Origin: Myxococcota bacterium
Lineage (GTDB): Bacteria > Myxococcota_A > UBA9042 > PHBI01 > JAWLBL01
Direction of reading: 5' to 3'
Assembly (NCBI GenBank): GCA_041687695.1
Contig: JAWLBL010000019.1
Location: forward strand, 64,001 to 128,000
Length of the DNA: 64,000 nucleotides
A program made the translations under genes and the position numbers. Below, piece after piece: positions 61,956 through 64,000 of this stretch. The notes under the pieces were generated by a model. That model worked only from the letters and a program-made list of their open reading frames with translations, did not search any database and was not told the origin of the DNA. Positions within the stretch are counted from its first letter, which is position 1, and each line of letters starts with the position of its first letter.

Positions 61956-62380
61956 GGGCGAGCGAAGTACGCCGGGCGATCATCGCGGCCGTGGAGGCGA
62001 TCCAGCCCGATCACCGCGCGACACCGGCTGACGTGTTTCGTCACGTCGACCTGGGGCAGATCACCGCCGGGGTGTCGCTCCCGGACCGGTCGTTCTACGT
62101 GGCCCTCGAGTCGCCGCCGCGCGACATGGCGGACATGACGGACAACCTGTTCCAGGTCGGCTACTCGGTTCAGGTGTTCTACGCGGCGTCGCCGACGATC
62201 GATGACCGAATCGGGGCCGACGTGGAGAAGCTGATCTGGGCGCTGCCTCAGATCCCGGCCGGCCACAACGAGGTGGCGTCGGCATCGGTCCTATCGACCT
62301 CGGTTGGTGAGGACGAAGGCGGGATCGATGTCGTCGTCTTGGTCGAGGTGACGTACCGGCTGGACGACCTGTCGGCCTGA
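61952..62380 (+). CDS. Putative tail terminator/completion protein
   Basis: ATGA overlap; 142 aa; SEVRRAIIAAVEAI start and VEVTYR end; directly before the tail tube gene. Confidence 0.55.
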   Translation: MRASEVRRAIIAAVEAIQPDHRATPADVFRHVDLGQITAGVSLPDRSFYVALESPPRDMADMTDNLFQVGYSVQVFYAASPTIDDRIGADVEKLIWALPQIPAGHNEVASASVLSTSVGEDEGGIDVVVLVEVTYRLDDLSA

Positions 62381-62431
62381 GCCCCTTGGACGGGGGCGCG
62401 AAGAACACGGTGGGGTCAGGAGTGACCCCGG

Positions 62432-63640
62432 ATGGCTTACTCGCAGACACGGATCGGCAGGGCTCGGATTCGCCCGCAGACCGATTGGGGCTTCGACAAC
62501 GCGGTGGCTGCGGGGTCGTTCGTCGCCGGGGACACGCTCGGCTGCGAGGTCTGGGTCCCCCAGCTGGTCGAGGAGGCGCTGCGGTCGGAGACCTTCAGGG
62601 GCGCGTTCCACGCCCACCGGGTCGTCGGCGGCTCGCGCAAGGGCGTGCAGATCACCGTCTCCATGCCGGCGCACGGGCTGTCCAGCTCGGCCCCGTCGGG
62701 TGAGCCGACCCGCACGCCGGACATCCTGCTGTTCGAGTCCGCCCTGGGGTTCGGGGCGGCGACGACGGCCGGGTTCGACGCCACCAACCTGGTCGGCGGG
62801 ACCGCTGCGAGCGTTCAGTGGACGGACGCCACCGGGCTGAACCCCGGTCAGGCGCTCCTGATCCCGCTCGCGTCGGGCCACTCGTTCGGGTGGCTGCAGA
62901 CGATCACCCCGGGGACGCCGGAAGAGCTCGTCCTGGTGACGGAGCTGTCGGGGGCTCCGGCGGCGAGCGGTCAGGTGTTTGGGTCCTACGGGGTCGCGCT
63001 GTCGACGGCGCAGTCGGCGCCGCTGAGCCTGCTGTGGGTGGGCTCGCGCGGTGAGCAGATCCGCCTGTACGACGGCGCGGTGAGCCAAGCGCAGCTGACC
63101 CGGGAGCCGTCGGGGCGGCTGATGATCTCGGCGACGCTCCAGTTCGGCGGCTGGATCGTCGACGCCGGTTCCGGGACCGCGCCCGGCCAGTATGCGTTCG
63201 GGCTCCCCGACCTGCCGGCGGCGATCGGGCGCAACGGGGCGCGCGTCATGGTGGACGGGGCGGCAATCCCGCTCTCGAGCTTCGAGCTGAGCATCACCAA
63301 CACGCTCGCCGAGGCCCCGGACATCGGCGCCCGTGAGGGCCTGGGCGCCTACGTGACGACGGACCGCGCGGTCCAGCTGACGGTGACGGGGCGCCAGCCC
63401 GACGTGTCGGCGCTCAGGAGCCCCGGTGACGAGCTCGGGACGGTCCAGGTCGACTGCGGGAACACGCCCGGCAAGGCGCTGAGCCTGCTGATGCCGGCGG
63501 CGGTCGTTCAGGAGTTCGAGCCGCTGCAGGACAGCGAGGGGGTCGTCGGCAACCAGCTGACGCTGGCCCCGGGCAACTACACGGGCGACGGCAGTTCGAC
63601 CGAGCCCGGCAACACCGTCTTCCGCATGGCGTGGAGCTGA
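62432..63640 (+). CDS. Putative major tail (tube) protein
   Basis: Strong RBS; beta-rich; LSSFELSITNTL...TDRAVQLTVT, GNTPGKALSLLMP tail-tube-like segments. Confidence 0.65.
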   Translation: MAYSQTRIGRARIRPQTDWGFDNAVAAGSFVAGDTLGCEVWVPQLVEEALRSETFRGAFHAHRVVGGSRKGVQITVSMPAHGLSSSAPSGEPTRTPDILLFESALGFGAATTAGFDATNLVGGTAASVQWTDATGLNPGQALLIPLASGHSFGWLQTITPGTPEELVLVTELSGAPAASGQVFGSYGVALSTAQSAPLSLLWVGSRGEQIRLYDGAVSQAQLTREPSGRLMISATLQFGGWIVDAGSGTAPGQYAFGLPDLPAAIGRNGARVMVDGAAIPLSSFELSITNTLAEAPDIGAREGLGAYVTTDRAVQLTVTGRQPDVSALRSPGDELGTVQVDCGNTPGKALSLLMPAAVVQEFEPLQDSEGVVGNQLTLAPGNYTGDGSSTEPGNTVFRMAWS

Positions 63641-63641
63641 C

Positions 63642-64000
63642 ATGGCGATCCAGCTGATCCGTAAGACCGACACGGTGGCCCTGGTCTGCACGGCGGACGA
63701 ATCGGTCACCCTCCCCGAGGGCGCCTCGCGCGAGCCGGTCCAGTGGGTGGAGGCGGACAAGTTCCCCCACGGGGCCGACGCGACCGTGGTCACCATCCGT
63801 CCGCTCGTTCACCTCGAGGTCCACGGCCTCGCCGGGAGGGACTTCCAGGAACAGTGCCACCTGGCGGTGAGGGCCGGGCTGGTGAGCCTGTCGGGGGTGG
63901 AGACGCGCGACGAGGCGGTCGACGCTATCCCGTACAAGCTCGCCCCCTCGCTGGGGGCGGCGATCCTCTCCTACACGTTCGGGGCCGTCGACCCTTTCGG
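63642..64000 (+). CDS. Putative tail assembly chaperone, 3'-truncated by the window edge
   Basis: ORF MAIQLIRKTD... open to the window end; follows the tail tube gene; VVTIRPL motif; slippery-type heptamer at 63992-63998. Confidence 0.55.
   Translation, partial: MAIQLIRKTDTVALVCTADESVTLPEGASREPVQWVEADKFPHGADATVVTIRPLVHLEVHGLAGRDFQEQCHLAVRAGLVSLSGVETRDEAVDAIPYKLAPSLGAAILSYTFGAVDPF

Larger units (their letters stand above)
44417..64000. mobile_element. Prophage-like element inserted in recA; continues past the window end
   Basis: Abrupt break in recA, drop in GC and change in codon usage, then RM cassette, replication module and a terminase-portal-scaffold-capsid-tail gene order. Confidence 0.85.

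Overview
The window has two parts. Bases 1-~44416 are very GC-rich bacterial chromosome whose gene content points to a Myxococcota/deltaproteobacterium-like host (inference). It carries ggt, a DnaJ/CbpA-type chaperone, a DUF445 protein, tRNA-Phe, a 3855-aa AgmK-like TPR protein, a class IV aminotransferase, a DUF4157 protein, infC (apparently ACG-initiated), pcnB and a thrombospondin-type-3 repeat lipoprotein. Further on are two HxsD-like genes, an outer-membrane/lipoprotein cluster with choice-of-anchor-X-like motifs, a Nif3-like gene, and a comM-recA pair behind a sigma54-type promoter. recA breaks off exactly after the conserved ...VIFIN motif (44416). From there to the window end lies a prophage-like element. 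It carries a vsr/C5-methyltransferase/Eco29kI-like restriction-modification cassette, lower-GC cargo genes, an iteron origin with a double winged-helix initiator, a GIY-YIG nuclease, a sigma-like HTH gene, and terminase, portal, scaffold, capsid and tail genes. Four observations stand out: (1) the prophage interrupts recA; (2) a conserved double-hairpin element lies in front of the terminase, capsid and tail-tube genes, with a partial copy before the scaffold gene; (3) CCGCGG appears to be absent from the element but is common in the host flank; (4) the replicon looks plasmid-like. All family assignments come from recognising motifs by eye; no database searches were run.
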